Shown piece after piece: positions 1-12,501 of a DNA stretch of 64,000 nucleotides; the first letter of the stretch is position 1, and each line of letters starts with the position of its first letter. The notes beneath the pieces are model-generated. The model saw only the letters and a list, made by a program, of their open reading frames with translations, made no database searches and was not told the origin of the DNA. Made by a program: the position numbers and the translations under genes. The DNA is from Balanoglossus misakiensis (Eukaryota; Animalia; Hemichordata): NCBI GenBank assembly GCA_040954595.2, contig CM082594.2, positions 2,002,247 to 2,066,246 on the forward strand, in the 5' to 3' direction.

Positions 1-1649
1 TTGCCGCGCCGAATCTGACTGCATATGTGGCGTGTTTTTCGGCCAGTGAAATTTCCTATGATTATTGCAATGGCGGTATACTCATTTTCATTAACTTTTC
101 GCGCCATTGTGTCCGTGGCTAATTTCCCTCTATTCATATTTAAATCTCCACCAATCAGAGCTTTTAAATATAATTCTGATTAAATTTTGGTGCGGGAAAA
201 TCTGCCAGATTTGCTTATGAATATTCTGATCGAGGTCGTCGGAGGTTGCTGCATAATTTTTGTTTGTAAACATTGGATCAATGAAATCATGCTTAAAGTT
301 CGCGAACTTCCTGAATTTGTGAAAGGTCAAATTGAGTCACTGCATAGGCAAGGTTTGAGAAAACGAGAAATTGCAAGGAAGTTTGGAATCACAGAAGGCA
401 GCGTCAGGTACAACATTAGGAAACTTGTTCAAATGGTAGCACGGACAATTTACATCGATCTGGACGACCAAAGCGAACAACTGAACGGGAAGACCGAATG
501 TTGATTAGATCAAGCCTGACGGACAGATTCAAGACAGCCCGTGACCTCCGCGCTAAGTTTCATGAGGATACCGGGAAACTTTTGAGTATGAGTACCATCA
601 AATCTCGATTGTATAGAGGAGCCAGACTCCATGGATGTGTGGCCAAGAAAAAGCCGAAATTACAACCCCGGCACATCACAGCGCGACTACGTTTCGCCCG
701 GCCTTACGTCTCTTTTTACGTCCATGCGTCAACTGGACACCTGTTCAGCGGTCCCAGGTTGTTTGGTCGGATGAGTCAAAGTTCACCGTGTTTAAGAGCC
801 GAGGGAGAGTTTTCGTTAGAAGGCGACCGGGCGAGGAGTACGAAATTGAATGACAGTCCCACAGTAAAGTTTGGTGGTGGCAGTGTTATAGTTTGGGGTT
901 GTTTCTTGGCTGCAGGTGTTGGTTTCGCTCGTTCGAGTCGAGAACACCATGAATCGCTGGAAGTACTTAGACGTTTTATAAAACAAAATGATACCGGCTT
1001 TGAGACTCGTCGGGCCAGATTTTGTGTTCCAACAGGATAATGCCCCCCGTACATACTGCCTTGGATGTGAAATCATTTCTACAAAATCCCCAGGATTACG
1101 GCTATCCGTTCGACAATTTTACAACGTTGGAGTGACCAGCCTAGTCTCCTGATTTGAGCCCCATCGCGAACCTGTGGGAGTTAATCGACTTGGACGTTCA
1201 TTCCCGTCCAATACACAGCATCGACGACCTTTTTAACCGCATAGTAATATCTTGGGAACAATTCCTGCAAAATATGTGTCGGAAACTTGTCGATACTACG
1301 TCGAAGCACCAGCGAGAGGTCATTAGGCCAAGGGGTGGACATATCCACTATTATTGACATTTGGTTCGTTCAATTCACCTCATGAATATTCATGACGTTT
1401 TTTTCATTGTTGTTCCCATAGAGAATGGAATGTTTCGCTGACTCCGTCTCACATCTATTTTTACGTCGATATGTCTCACTCAAATTTAATCACAGATGAA
1501 AGATTTTTGTTCTACGACTGTTACTTATCTTGAATTTATTAAATGTAGTTGAATTTTTGCTAAAAACTGTCTGCAAGGTGTGTTAATTCATGTTTCTGAA
1601 ACTTTTTCACTGCAGAACGTGGGTGCGTAAATACTTATTGGCGGGTCTG
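1..1649 (+). mobile_element. Tc1-like DNA transposon copy; left end probably outside the window
   Basis: Contains the Tc1 pseudogene. A Tc1-like right terminus ...GTAAATACTTATTGGCGGGTCTG lies at about 1627-1649. No matching left TIR is seen. Confidence 0.55.
289..1357 (+). pseudogene. Tc1-family (IS630-Tc1-mariner) transposase, frameshifted and inactivated
   Basis: Joined frames give an HTH N-terminus (MLKVRELPEFVKGQIESLHRQGLRKREIARKFGIT), then GCVAKKKPKL, WSDESKF (first D), TVKFGGGSVIVWGCF, FQQDNAP (second D at 1036-1038), *PA*SPDLSPIANLW (E position mutated to A) and a C-terminal RGGHIHY. Several frameshifts and stops. Confidence 0.93.
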
Positions 1650-2229
1650 ATACATGTACATATCTGTACATATTATTCATGATGTTGTTGTAAACATTTC
1701 TTTTGTGTCTGTTTCAAGGTCAGATGAGGTGAGTTATAACACTTTGATTCATGGGTTGAGTGACGTTTGGAAACCCTCACTCACATTGATGGAAGAATTT
1801 TATCTCAAAAAGAGTATACTTCAGTTGTCCCTAATAATAGCCTTTGTGTAAATTTCCCCTCTCTGAAGTGAGACAGAACTAAAGAAAGCATCTTCATATT
1901 GCTGCCAGATGCATGAGCTAGCTGGTGAAGTTCCCTGTGTGTTCCACAAGATTAAACTGTCCCAAGATGGGAAGGCAGTAGAAATGAGGTCTGTTGGCGT
2001 CCTTCAGTCTCAAGAGACTATGGATCTGCGTGCTGGGATGTTGGTCTAGATCCGGAACAGCGTAGTACATGTATGAGGCATTGAGCTTATGTTCCTTCTG
2101 AGTGGTCCTAGATTCACTGCTGTACAGTACAAATTTATTTTAGGTATATTAACTCACAACACAAGCACTCATGTGGGCTGAAAGTAGGAGGGCTTCATGA
2201 TTAAGAAGAACAAAGATCTGAGCCTAACA

Positions 2230-3260
2230 AACTGCATAAAGCAAATTGGTCTCCTGGTGAGATATATACCATCCACCTCAGCTGTCATGATCTCTAGTAT
2301 GCCTTGGTGAAGTACAATGCAATCTCCACTGCACTCTTGCAAATGGCTTGACTATTCATCATTCCTGAAGAGCAATACTCCATGGTTGGACAAATATTCA
2401 TCACATGGTGAGAAACATGTGGATCTGGGAGCCTGCTATAAGATAGCTTAGGGTTGAAATCATGAGTTGATGGTCTAGCTCAAAGTAATTTTCAGGAATA
2501 GAGTGATCTGACCTGACCCATCCTCCTGGCAAAGTATTTTTTCTCGGTTCCCTTGACATTATGTCAAATTGTGTGTATCATAAAAAGGCCAATCAGTCAG
2601 ACAGGCCTCTGCCAATAGAGATAAGTCACAGCTGTAACAACCATCTCAACACATACCAAGAACCATAGACAATAGTAAAGAGAAAAGAAAACTAATACAT
2701 ATGTAGATTTCAAACTGTGAATGGATTGGCTGAGGGAACAGGATCCAGTGAGTACATGAGTGATAAAAGGATTTGAGAGAGTAATTAAACAGAGCTCGTG
2801 CCTGGTCGGTTGATGTGGTATTGGCTGTTCTTGTCTACTAACACCACTTGAATGGATAAGGCTATGTGCTTTCTGGTGATATAGTAAAAGACAGAACTGC
2901 ATGAAGCTCAGTTTTATGTGCAGGGGTTAATTCCCACGACACTGGACTGCCAGGCATGCAGAAAAATGGTCTGATGCAAATCAAGACTTGTAGTGAAGCA
3001 CGAAGGTTGTCAGGTGATTGTCACCATACATTTCACTGCATTTTGAGGCCTGTCCCCATGTCATGATGTGTAACGTCTTTGATGGAAACATTTTTTACAC
3101 TTGAGTGATTTGGCCTTAGCAATATCCATAAGATCCCATTGAAACTGACGGATTTAGGTAAAACAGTTGTCATCAAGTTCAGATGACCAGAGGTCTCAGA
3201 AAGATGAAGCTGCCCACAACTTGACAGAGCTGACAATATCAGAGATATCAATGACAACAC
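2230..3260 (-). pseudogene. Possible decayed coding sequence of unknown family
   Basis: After an acceptor-like TTTACAG near 3260 the minus strand reads protein-like with scattered stops (VVIDISDIVSSVKLWAASSF*DLWSSELDDNCF...; ...LPGGWVRSDHSIPENYFELDHQ...). No motif recognised. Confidence 0.2.
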
Positions 3261-4620
3261 CTGTAAATGACACAAGGAAGATGATCACTATGATCAGAGG
3301 CAATACTAGCTGAGAGATGTATCTTAGTGATCACAGGTGGACGTTTACCCCATAGGTGTTGACGTCTGCACCTCAATAATATCATATGTACAGGCACATG
3401 TACCAGTACATGTATAACCTATAAAATGATAGTTTCGTAATGTGGAAAGAATAGTATGCCTCTGACGGCAAGGAAGAAGGAATTCTGACAACTGCTAAAT
3501 ATTAAAGTGACATCGCATATGGGCAGCCAATGGGAAACCCATTTGCTATAATTTCTGCCTATTGAGCTGAATGCCAAGTTGAACTGTACTCCAGGTGGGA
3601 CCCTGTGGTGATCCATGATTGCTGCATCCCCAAATGGCATGCTATACGCTTCACTCCAATGAATAGGGGTATATATGTGACATAGCTGTATCCCAGAAGC
3701 CCAGGTGCAGAAGTCAGCAGTGTGATAGAGCATGTCTGTTGCAGATCGTCAGCCATTTTTCACTTCCATATTCGGTTAAATCAGTGATGGGATAAATACC
3801 CTTTTTTGTCTGTTGGAGAGGGAAATCTGCTGAAATATTCCACTATAGGAGCAAAATAATTCACTTTATAGACTCTAAGAGTTACTGAACAAGTGTTCTC
3901 AGCACAATGCTACTAACCTCCCTCAAGTGATTCTGCTAGATTTCAAGACAGCAGTTATAATATGTAAATACGAACCAATGCTAAGTGGACAAGGTCGCAA
4001 ATACTACAGCTGGGCCGGTGGCTCCATGCTTCATAAAGCTGCATTTCTAATACAAGATTCTGCAATATTGAAGACAGGACACACATGGGCTACAGGAGTA
4101 TGAAAGAAGAAGTAGCACCCAAACCATACACCCACTATGGGTGTGGGTGTAGCAAAATGTTTGACACAAGTATTAGAAGCAAGAGCCTGTAATTTACACA
4201 AAGGCTAACGAGGCAATACAAAGCAGTATACTCTGTTTATATGTTCTCCAAAGATGTTGTTCAAGTTAACATACTCTCTTACGTATGTTCTATAATTAGC
4301 ACATGTTTTTTGAACGTGAAAGAAGTCTTCTGATCATTGTAGGAACGAAGGTAGAGTTGACTTTTCAGAGCCCTCTGACTCAGAGCCCTCTGACTCAGAG
4401 CCCCTCAGAGCCCTCTGAAGTTTCAGAACCTCAGAACCCGGACCTCAGAATTCTTGTTGACCTCAGATATAACCCCAAAATGTACCTGTTTAATTAAATA
4501 TAATAAAGTTCCTTCACTTGCGGTGATCTTTCACCGCCAGGCATTTGTATTCAACCTGTCCCCCATTATATATCAGTGGGAAGGGCAATGTTATGATTTA
4601 TTTGTGCAGGGGTTAAGTAT

Positions 4621-6129
4621 CAGTCGGCCCGATCACCAAAAAAGGAAATCTCATGAATATTTAAATTTGTGTCAAAGGTAACGTTTTGCCCAATCAGAAA
4701 TATGCACAAATGACACGCGCGAAGGAATGTCAACAAGGCCAGTGTATATAGCACGGAGCTCCTTGTGTATATAGTGAGGGCATGGCAGAAATTATCAGCT
4801 GTCGCTAAAAAACGCAACGGTCGATTTCAAAACGCATCGGTAGATCGCTAGAGCGTGTATCAATGTATCCTCGGACAAAATCCTGGGCATTTAGGCGACG
4901 TAGATTTTATTTAATTGAACTAAGACCCCGCACTAAAATTTCAGAAGCATACAAGAATAGCCATCATCGCCGTTGTCGACAGTGGGGACTTGGGCATGGC
5001 AGAAATTATCAGCTGTCGCTAAAAAACGCAACGGTCGATTTCAAAACGCATCGGTAGATCGCTAGAGCGTGTATCAATGTGTCCTCGGACAAAATCCTGA
5101 GCGTTTAGGCGACGTAGATTTTATTTAATTGAACTAAGACCCCGCACTAAAACTTCAGAAGCATACAAGAATAGCCATCATCGTCGTTGTTGACAGTGGG
5201 GACTTGGGCATGGCAGAAATTATCAGCTGTCGCTAAAAAACGCAACGGTCGATTTCAAAACGCATCGGTAGATCGCTAGAGCGTGTATCAATGTGTCCTC
5301 GGACAAAATCCTGAGCGTTTAGGCGACGTAGATTTTATTTAATTGAACTAAGACCCCGCACTAAAACTTCAGAAGCATACAAGAATAGCCATCATCGCCG
5401 TTGTCGACAGTGGGGACTTGGGCATGGCAGAAATTATCAGCTGTCGCTAAAAAACGCAACGGTCGATTTCAAAACGCATCGGTAGATCGCTAGAGCGTGT
5501 ATCAATGTGTCCTCGGACAAAATCCTGAGCGTTTAGGCGACGTAGATTTTATTTAATTGAACTAAGACCCCGCACTAAAACTTCAGAAGCATACAAGAAT
5601 AGCCATCATCGCCGTTGTCGACAGTGGGGACTTGGGCATGGCAGAAATTATCAGCTGTCGCTAAAAAACGCAACGGTCGATTTCAAAACGCATCGGTAGA
5701 TCGCTAGAGCGTGTATCAATGTGTCCTCGGACAAAATCCTGAGCGTTTAGGCGACGTAGATTTTATTTAATTGAACTAAGACCCCGCACTAAAACTTCAG
5801 AAGCATACAAGAATAGCCATCATCGCCGTTGTCGACAGTGGGGACTTGGGCATGGCAGAAATTATCAACTGTCGCTAAAAAACGCAACGGTCGATTTCAA
5901 AACGCATCGGTAGATCGCTAGAGCGTGTATCAATGTATCCTCGGACAAAATCCTGGGCATTTAGGCGACGTAAATTTTATTTAATTGAACTAAAACTAAG
6001 GGTATGCATATTTTCTATAGAACTGATATGCATGAGTCAAAAACCAGGAATCTGATTGGGCGAAAAGTTACCTTTGACACTTTATTTAAATATTCATGAG
6101 ATTTCCTTTTTTGGCGATCGGGCCGACTG
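4621..6129. mobile_element. Non-autonomous TIR element with 5-bp TSD, filled by a 214-bp tandem array
   Basis: About 78-bp TIRs (CAGTCGGCCCGATCACCAAAAAAGGAAATCTCATGAATATTTAAA...). AGTAT flanks both ends (4616-4620, 6130-6134). Confidence 0.88.
4778..5993. repeat. Tandem repeat, 214-bp unit, about 5.7 copies
   Basis: CATGGCAGAAATTATC recurs at 4781, 4995, 5209, 5423, 5637 and 5851. Units are nearly identical. Confidence 0.97.
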
Positions 6130-6489
6130 AGTATCATTGTGGTAATATTGATCATGCAGATATGATGTGGCTATTATAACAAGAAAACTTTCTTCAGAAA
6201 CTTGTTTTCATTGCCTAGATTATTTTTTATCAAAAGTGATTTGATATTATTCATGTTTACATATTATGTATGTATTTATTGTTTTTTCTTGTTTATAAAT
6301 TTTTAGCAAGAAATATATACGCATTTGACATACAGCAAACCTATAGAATTAATCCTAATGGAAGGAGAATAAGCGCACTGTGTGAGGACACAAAGTTTGT
6401 CAAAAAGTCATTAATTTGAATGACTGGCAAATCCAAAATATTTTCCATGGGCTTTATTCTGATTGACAAATAATTAAATTCTTATTTAA

Positions 6490-7213
6490 GGTGGCATTGC
6501 ATGAAAAATTGTGATTTTTGCCAAATTTACTTTTTTTACATAAATCGGTAGGTCTAATATTGTTCCACATTCTGACAAATGGGTCTTAGCGGAATCACCC
6601 AAAAATAGCACTTTTTTGAATGAGTTCACAGCTTAACAAATAGGTGTCAACAATGCAAATGGCTGTTTTTCTCAGTTTGCCTTTTTGCTGCTCTTGACAA
6701 CTTCAGAAGAATTTAGCTTCGCTCTGCGTTGGCCTAATTTGCTCAAATTTTAACAGGGGATTGTGTATGGACCCATCTAACAAAACAAATTTTTTTAGTC
6801 GATAAAGTGTCCTTGGCGGGAATAAAATCTGATTCAATACAACTCATTGTGAATTTGATCAAATTTTCTTAAAATCTAACTTGCAAACACTGTTACTCCT
6901 CAATGGAAGCAGATAACGCTAAACTAAATTTTGTTTTTTTGCATGTGTACTCTAGTTTCGAATGACATACTAAGATGCATGATGCATGGCCAACCGTTTT
7001 ACCTAATTTCAATTGAATGACATAATATCAAAAAAATGCTTTTTTTAACCAAAAAACGCCACCATTTCCGGGGGTCAATGAAATGTGCAACTCAATCAAA
7101 AGTTCAAAAACTCAGCTTCCAGAATATGTATGGTTTATAGGGGTTTTAATAATTATTGTCTTTGAAGAGAATAGGCCTTTGAAAAAGTCTTGACGGTTTC
7201 GTGCAATACCACA
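6490..7213. mobile_element. Kolobok-like non-autonomous element (TTAA TSD), copy 1
   Basis: TTAA|GGTGGCATTGCATGAAA ... TTTCGTGCAATACCACA|TTAA. A homologous inverted copy lies at 12502-13234. Confidence 0.85.
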
Positions 7214-8525
7214 TTAAGTATTGAATTGATTTCCAAATTCTCTTCTTTTGGTGTTTCTTCTTGCGATTTATTTTGTTGTGTGCTACAAAATACGTTTATA
7301 TTTGTAATGCAATGCAAGCAAAAAAAGAAAAGTAGCGCGTTACTGGTGAATCGGAATCCCTGGCTGAATCTGAATCTGAAATCGACATAAACTTCGAAAA
7401 CAAATATGGCGGGTAATAGGCAGTCACGATCTCGCACTTGCCATACAACGTAGTACGTCGTATTTTCAGCGGGAGTAATTTTGGCAACATTATACCCATT
7501 TGTAATCATTAAATTTAATTATACAGGTACATTTTGGGGTCATATCTGAGGTCAACAAGAATTCTGAGGTCCGGGTTCTGAGGTTCTGAAACTTCAGAGG
7601 GCTCTGAGGGGCTCTGAGTCAGAGGGCTCTGAGTCAGAGGGCTCTGAAAAGTCAACTCTACCTAGGAACGAACTCTCAATTTCATGGTCCACATTATCTG
7701 AAATTTTACCAGTAAGCGACTCCAAATTCTTAACTGACACCTTGTATCAAAGGGTCAACGGTTATTATTACAAATTCTACGATTTAGTCTTCCAAGGCTC
7801 CACCTAATCCAGTTCTTGAATAAAACTGATTTTCCATGGACTCTCCTCGTCAAGTTATGCATGGCAATCCATTGTTAATGACACTGTCTCTACTGGATCG
7901 ACAGTTAAAGGGGCGAAATCATAACACCAAACAAATAACCCACAAAAGAGACAAATTGGCGATGACGTGAAGAAATTCACACAAAGTGGTGTCTGCTGGG
8001 AGCTGTATCAAACCTCACTGCAAACAACACGTCACAGTACCATTCAATGTGGACCAACAGCCACATTAGATTATACTGTGAAACAAATCAATGAAAATGT
8101 GTATCTTAAAACTCACAGTCATGGAACCATGTGTAAACAAATGAGATATATTCAAAATCAAAATTGAATGACAGAGAAAAAAAATTTCTGAATGCAGAGA
8201 TTTTTTTTTTCTGAATGCTCAAGAATTCCTACTCCAAGCTCGGTAGTGGACATTTGCACATGGTACCCCTGACGTCAAGTGTACTATTTTATCGTAAAGC
8301 ACACAGTCAGGGAAGTGTAAACAAAACTTGATATATTCAAAATCAAAGAAAATAAATGGCTGAATGATTAAGTGATCCAATGTAAACTTTTCTGTACATT
8401 ATAAAAACAATAATTGTAACTCATAGAAAATTGACATCTTTTATGAATATTGAAGGTTTGATGTCAAATGGGCAATTTGAATCACTGGTTATCAATTTTG
8501 AGACGGTTTTGGCAACCAGACCTGA

Positions 8526-8690
8526 TGTAAGGATTAACACCTCTCCGCAACCCATTGTCTATGGGGCCGAGCCTCAGCGCCTATACATAAACTTTATGTG
8601 TGTGGACACAAGCGACTCAAAGGATTAATTCTCTGTGTTTACAAAAGGCAAATAGTGTCTCCGAAACGTTGCAAATTTTTACCAGTGTGA
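8526..8690. repeat. Short interspersed repeat; second copy at about 39404-39562
   Basis: TGTAAGGATTAACACCTCT...CCCATTGTCTATG...CAGCGCCTATACATAAACTTT...GGCAAATAGTGTCTC is shared by both loci. Confidence 0.75.
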
Positions 8691-9184
8691 CCGTGGTATT
8701 ATAAACATGTACCCCACACGTTGAATGACACACACACTTACACCACACAAACAAACAAACAAACAAACATAAATACCCTATAACTATACTATATTATAAC
8801 TAACTATAACTACAAGTAACAACTGACAAAATAACTTAATATACCTATATAAATAAACTGTTCAAATACAGATGTGTACACTGAAATTAACTAAATTTAC
8901 ACAATTATATAAAAATGCATTGCAGGGATGCCCCCAAAACTACCGTAAGCACTGCAAGCTGGGAGTCCATGCGTCTACGGAGCTCTGTTGACAGATGAGG
9001 CATCATGGAGACTGCATGGTAGTGGGACTTCTGGTCCAAATCATCTTTGCCAGTTGGCATGGAGATCAATATTCGCCATCCTGCATCTAGTTTCTGCATG
9101 GTAGTGGGACTTCTGGTCCAAATCATCTGGCCGCATTCCTCTGCTATGGTGGCATACAAATCAATCTCCGCCATCCTGCAACGC

Positions 9185-9894
9185 AGCATCTAGTTTCTGC
9201 TTGGTACTATTGGTAGTCGGACTTCAATCTGCCAGTTGGCACACAGATCAGTGTTCTCCATCCTGCAAACCAGCATCTAGTTTCTGCATGGTACTATTGG
9301 TAGTCGGACTTCAATCTGCCAGGTGGCACACAGATCAGTGTTCTCCATCCTGCAAACCAGCATTTAGTTTCTGCATGGTACTATTGGTAGTCGGACTTCA
9401 ATCTGCCAGTTGGCACACAGATCAGTGTTCTCCATCCTGCAAACCAGCATCTAGTTTCTGCATGGTACTATTGGTAGTCGGACTTCAATCTGCCAGTTGG
9501 CACACAGATCAGTGTTCTCCATCCTGCAAACCAGCATCTAGTTTCTGCATGGTACTATTGGTAGTCGGACTTCAATCTGCCAGTTGGCACACAGATCAGT
9601 GTTCTCCATCCTGCAAACCAGCATCTAGTTTCTGCATGGTACTATTGGTAGTCGGACTTCAATCTGCCAGTTGGCACACAGATCAGTGTTCTCCATCCTG
9701 CAAACCAGCATCTAGTTTCTGCATGGTACTATTGGTAGTCGGACTTCAATCTGCCAGGTGGCACACAGATCAGTGTTCTCCATCCTGCAAACCAGCATCT
9801 AGTTTCTGCATGGTACTATTGGTAGTCGGACTTCAATCTGCCAGGTGGCACACAGATCAGTGTTCTCCATCCTGCTAACCAGCATCTAGTTTCT
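9185..9894. repeat. Minisatellite, 87-bp unit, about 8 copies
   Basis: GCATCTAGTTTCTGC recurs every 87 bp (9186, 9273 ... 9882). Diverged proto-units lie at about 9010-9185. This explains the 225-aa repetitive ORF. Confidence 0.97.
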
Positions 9895-10496
9895 CGTGTC
9901 TGAAAAAAGCAAACAGATGTAGTTCAGGAAAATGAGGAGTAATTTGACTGCATGTGACACAAAAGACAGCTTCCCGCGATACAAACACCCTCTATAACTC
10001 CAGGCTTTGTCTTTGCAGTACACAGGCCATGTAATGCAAATTGTGTAAGAATCCATCAAGTTTTACTTTATGCAGGCTACATGACAATGATTCATGCTTA
10101 GTTTTCATGGACTTGTTATGTTGTGCCTTTCTAAATGACTTCTGGGTGTTTGTAAAACTTGTAACGAGCAGTAATGAGCAGAAATTTGCAGTAATGACCA
10201 ATAACATCCTAGAAATTGACAGAATGGGTAATCACAAATACTGTGGAAATGACGATCGTTTCCAATTTCATAATAGTCATCTGAAGTTATGCAATCAGTG
10301 TCAATTATCATGACCATTTCCATGGAACTAAACAGTTGTTTAATTTCATATCATTGCTGGAAAAAAGTCATTGTCAATGACTTCGTTCACGCTGGTTTGA
10401 TGTTCTTGGTATTTGTGCTCAAGTGTTGGTTAGTTTTTGCATAACTTGAAATGTTGTGCGTTGACTTAGATGTTTTCATCTATGTGAACTGACATA

Positions 10497-11424
10497 CCGT
10501 ATATTCTCACAATTAAGCGCCACCCATGATTAGGCGCCAGTGATACCTGACTTTGCTACTTTTTACTTAAAATTAAGCGCCAGGAAATTTTTTTTTGAGG
10601 TTTGTGGACGTACGTGAATCATGGCAAGTGCTACCAGGGTTTAGGGATCTTGTCAAAATCAACGGGGGCTTGCTGCGTGAATAATAATTGACCTGAGCAG
10701 ACAATGCATGCTTTGGGCTGATGTGCTATTTATTTACAAGATGAAATCGGGCACATGTCAACCTCCTAATTTATGTAAATTATTATTCACTGCAAAAGAC
10801 ACAGGTGCCCGGCGTCTAGACACTTGTCTTTTTCCTGTCAATCGATCGGCAGCTGCTTTACGTTACCAGCACTACCACCCAAGTTTGACCATATGGCCAG
10901 GGCTTTGAAATAATAGGACTAGTTTCAAGTTGTGAATGTTTGCGGTATTAATTTTCTCATGAATATTCACGCAAAGTGAGTATGCACGCAACCTTGCCTG
11001 ACCTTACATGTGTGAGAGCATGTGATTACAAAGACGCACTTGGACTAAACCACTATACGTCAGTAGATTTTGTTGATGGTTCAGCCAGAATACTGTAATG
11101 CTGCTTGTAGTATTCACTTCGTTGACAACTTTTTATTTCTGGAATATTTATTAGACAATACATTGAACTGACTGTATTTGAATAGAAAATGTTAAAACTT
11201 TACATATGAATTCGAAACAGCCATTCATTCACTGCGGACACCCCCTTAGGAGAACACTCATTGGAACGTCCCAAATCATTTGCATATGAATTAACAGGGT
11301 GCAGTATATATATACAGGGCGACCCATGAATAAGCGCCACCGGTTCTTGAAAGACTCATTTCTGCCTTTGTTTAGGCGCCACCAAAATTTGAAATGGTTA
11401 AAAAGTGGCGCTGAGAATATACGG
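10497..11424. mobile_element. Tc1/mariner-type (pogo-like) non-autonomous element, TA TSD, copy 1
   Basis: TA|CCGTATATTCTC ... GAGAATATACGG|TA, with subterminal TAAGCGCCAC motifs. A near-identical inverted copy lies at 15071-16007. Confidence 0.9.
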
Positions 11425-12501
11425 TACTCTGAATGTTTGAAGAAACTTTACAAACCCCATACAAATTCCCATCTACATAAAATGGAGCAGCAAACAGTTA
11501 TATTGATGTTAGGCCAGAGAAAAAAAATCTTGTTCATTGGATTTTTTGGCCCTAGTTCCAGGAGCGGCGAGCGAAAAAAAAAATTTAATTTTTTTTAGGC
11601 TGAAGGTAAACCGTGGTTCTCTGGCATATTTGCACAGATGCAGACATTGCGAGATAATTGTTTCCATTTTAACCAGAAATATCTCTGATACATGTACTGT
11701 ACTTGTAACTGAATTCAATACTATATTTCCCAATAATAACATATAGGCAATTACATTTACAGTTGGTGTTTGCACAAGTATTTCAACAGGCTCTCAGAAT
11801 AAAATAAAATGCACAGCAAATCACTGAAATCCAACAATTTAGTATTGTCCTTTAATATTGTCCTGGTGGGACCTCGCATTTGAATGTTTTTCATTTTACT
11901 TTAGCCCCATCTCTTGGTCTCTTTACAACTGTCTCTACATTTTTTACACAATGGTCTAACAACACTGTACAGACTATCTCTCACTGCACACACACTCTTC
12001 TGGTCACGGTAGCCATGTCTAATTTGTTCCAGTCTGCACCAAGTTCATCAAACAGCTGAATAATATCATTGTAATAGTTTGTGGAAACCATCTATTTTGT
12101 CAGGCAGACCGACTTCAGTAACAGTGGACATCATGATTAAAATCGCATTTTAAATGTGGCTGCCAGTATCAGATGGTGCTGTACAGGCAGAAGTAGATGG
12201 AATGGCTTTGTGTGCAAATTGATTGCCAGAAGTAAACACATTGGAAACTACAGACTTCATGTTGAACTCGCTGCAGATTTGATACCTCAGATCCTGCTAT
12301 AACATCAACACAACCATGTGTTTTGTCACTGTCATATATTTTTATACTTTTGATGTAATTTTCATTCAATCAAATGCACCATCAATCTGCTGTGACGATC
12401 TTGTTAAACAAATTACAGAACGAAACATCAGGACAAACACTGAATAGCGTCTTTCGAACAAATCTGTTTGTCGTCACATCGAATGTAGGTGATCAACTTA
12501 A

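Larger units (their letters stand above)
4350..7662. mobile_element. Non-autonomous long-TIR DNA transposon (MULE/foldback-like) carrying two nested elements
   Basis: About 150-bp near-perfect TIRs start GGTAGAGTTGACTTTTCAGAGCCCTCTGACT with internal CAGAGCCCTCTGACT repeats. Direct duplication TAGGAACGAA at 4340-4349 and 7663-7672. Confidence 0.9.

Noticed and set aside
4778-5993. Regularly spaced repeats as a CRISPR array (also 9185-9894, 32826-33250, 41233-42668, 43386-43797)
   Set aside because: Whole units repeat with no unique spacers, there are no cas genes, and the context is eukaryotic.
8510-8675. Hammerhead ribozyme or Penelope-like terminus (CCTGATG ... CCGAAACGTTGC)
   Set aside because: The core reads CTGATGT, not CTGATGA; the two halves are about 135 nt apart without an evident stem II; and the second copy at about 39404 lacks both motifs.
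9201-9878. 225-aa Cys-rich protein gene
   Set aside because: The frame is open only because the 87-bp unit is a multiple of 3. It has no non-repetitive coding flanks.
10000-12340. Possible decayed coding segments (e.g. YNDIIQLFDELGADWNKLDM near 12020-12080, minus strand)
   Set aside because: Too short and broken to assign, with no consistent frame or splice sites.
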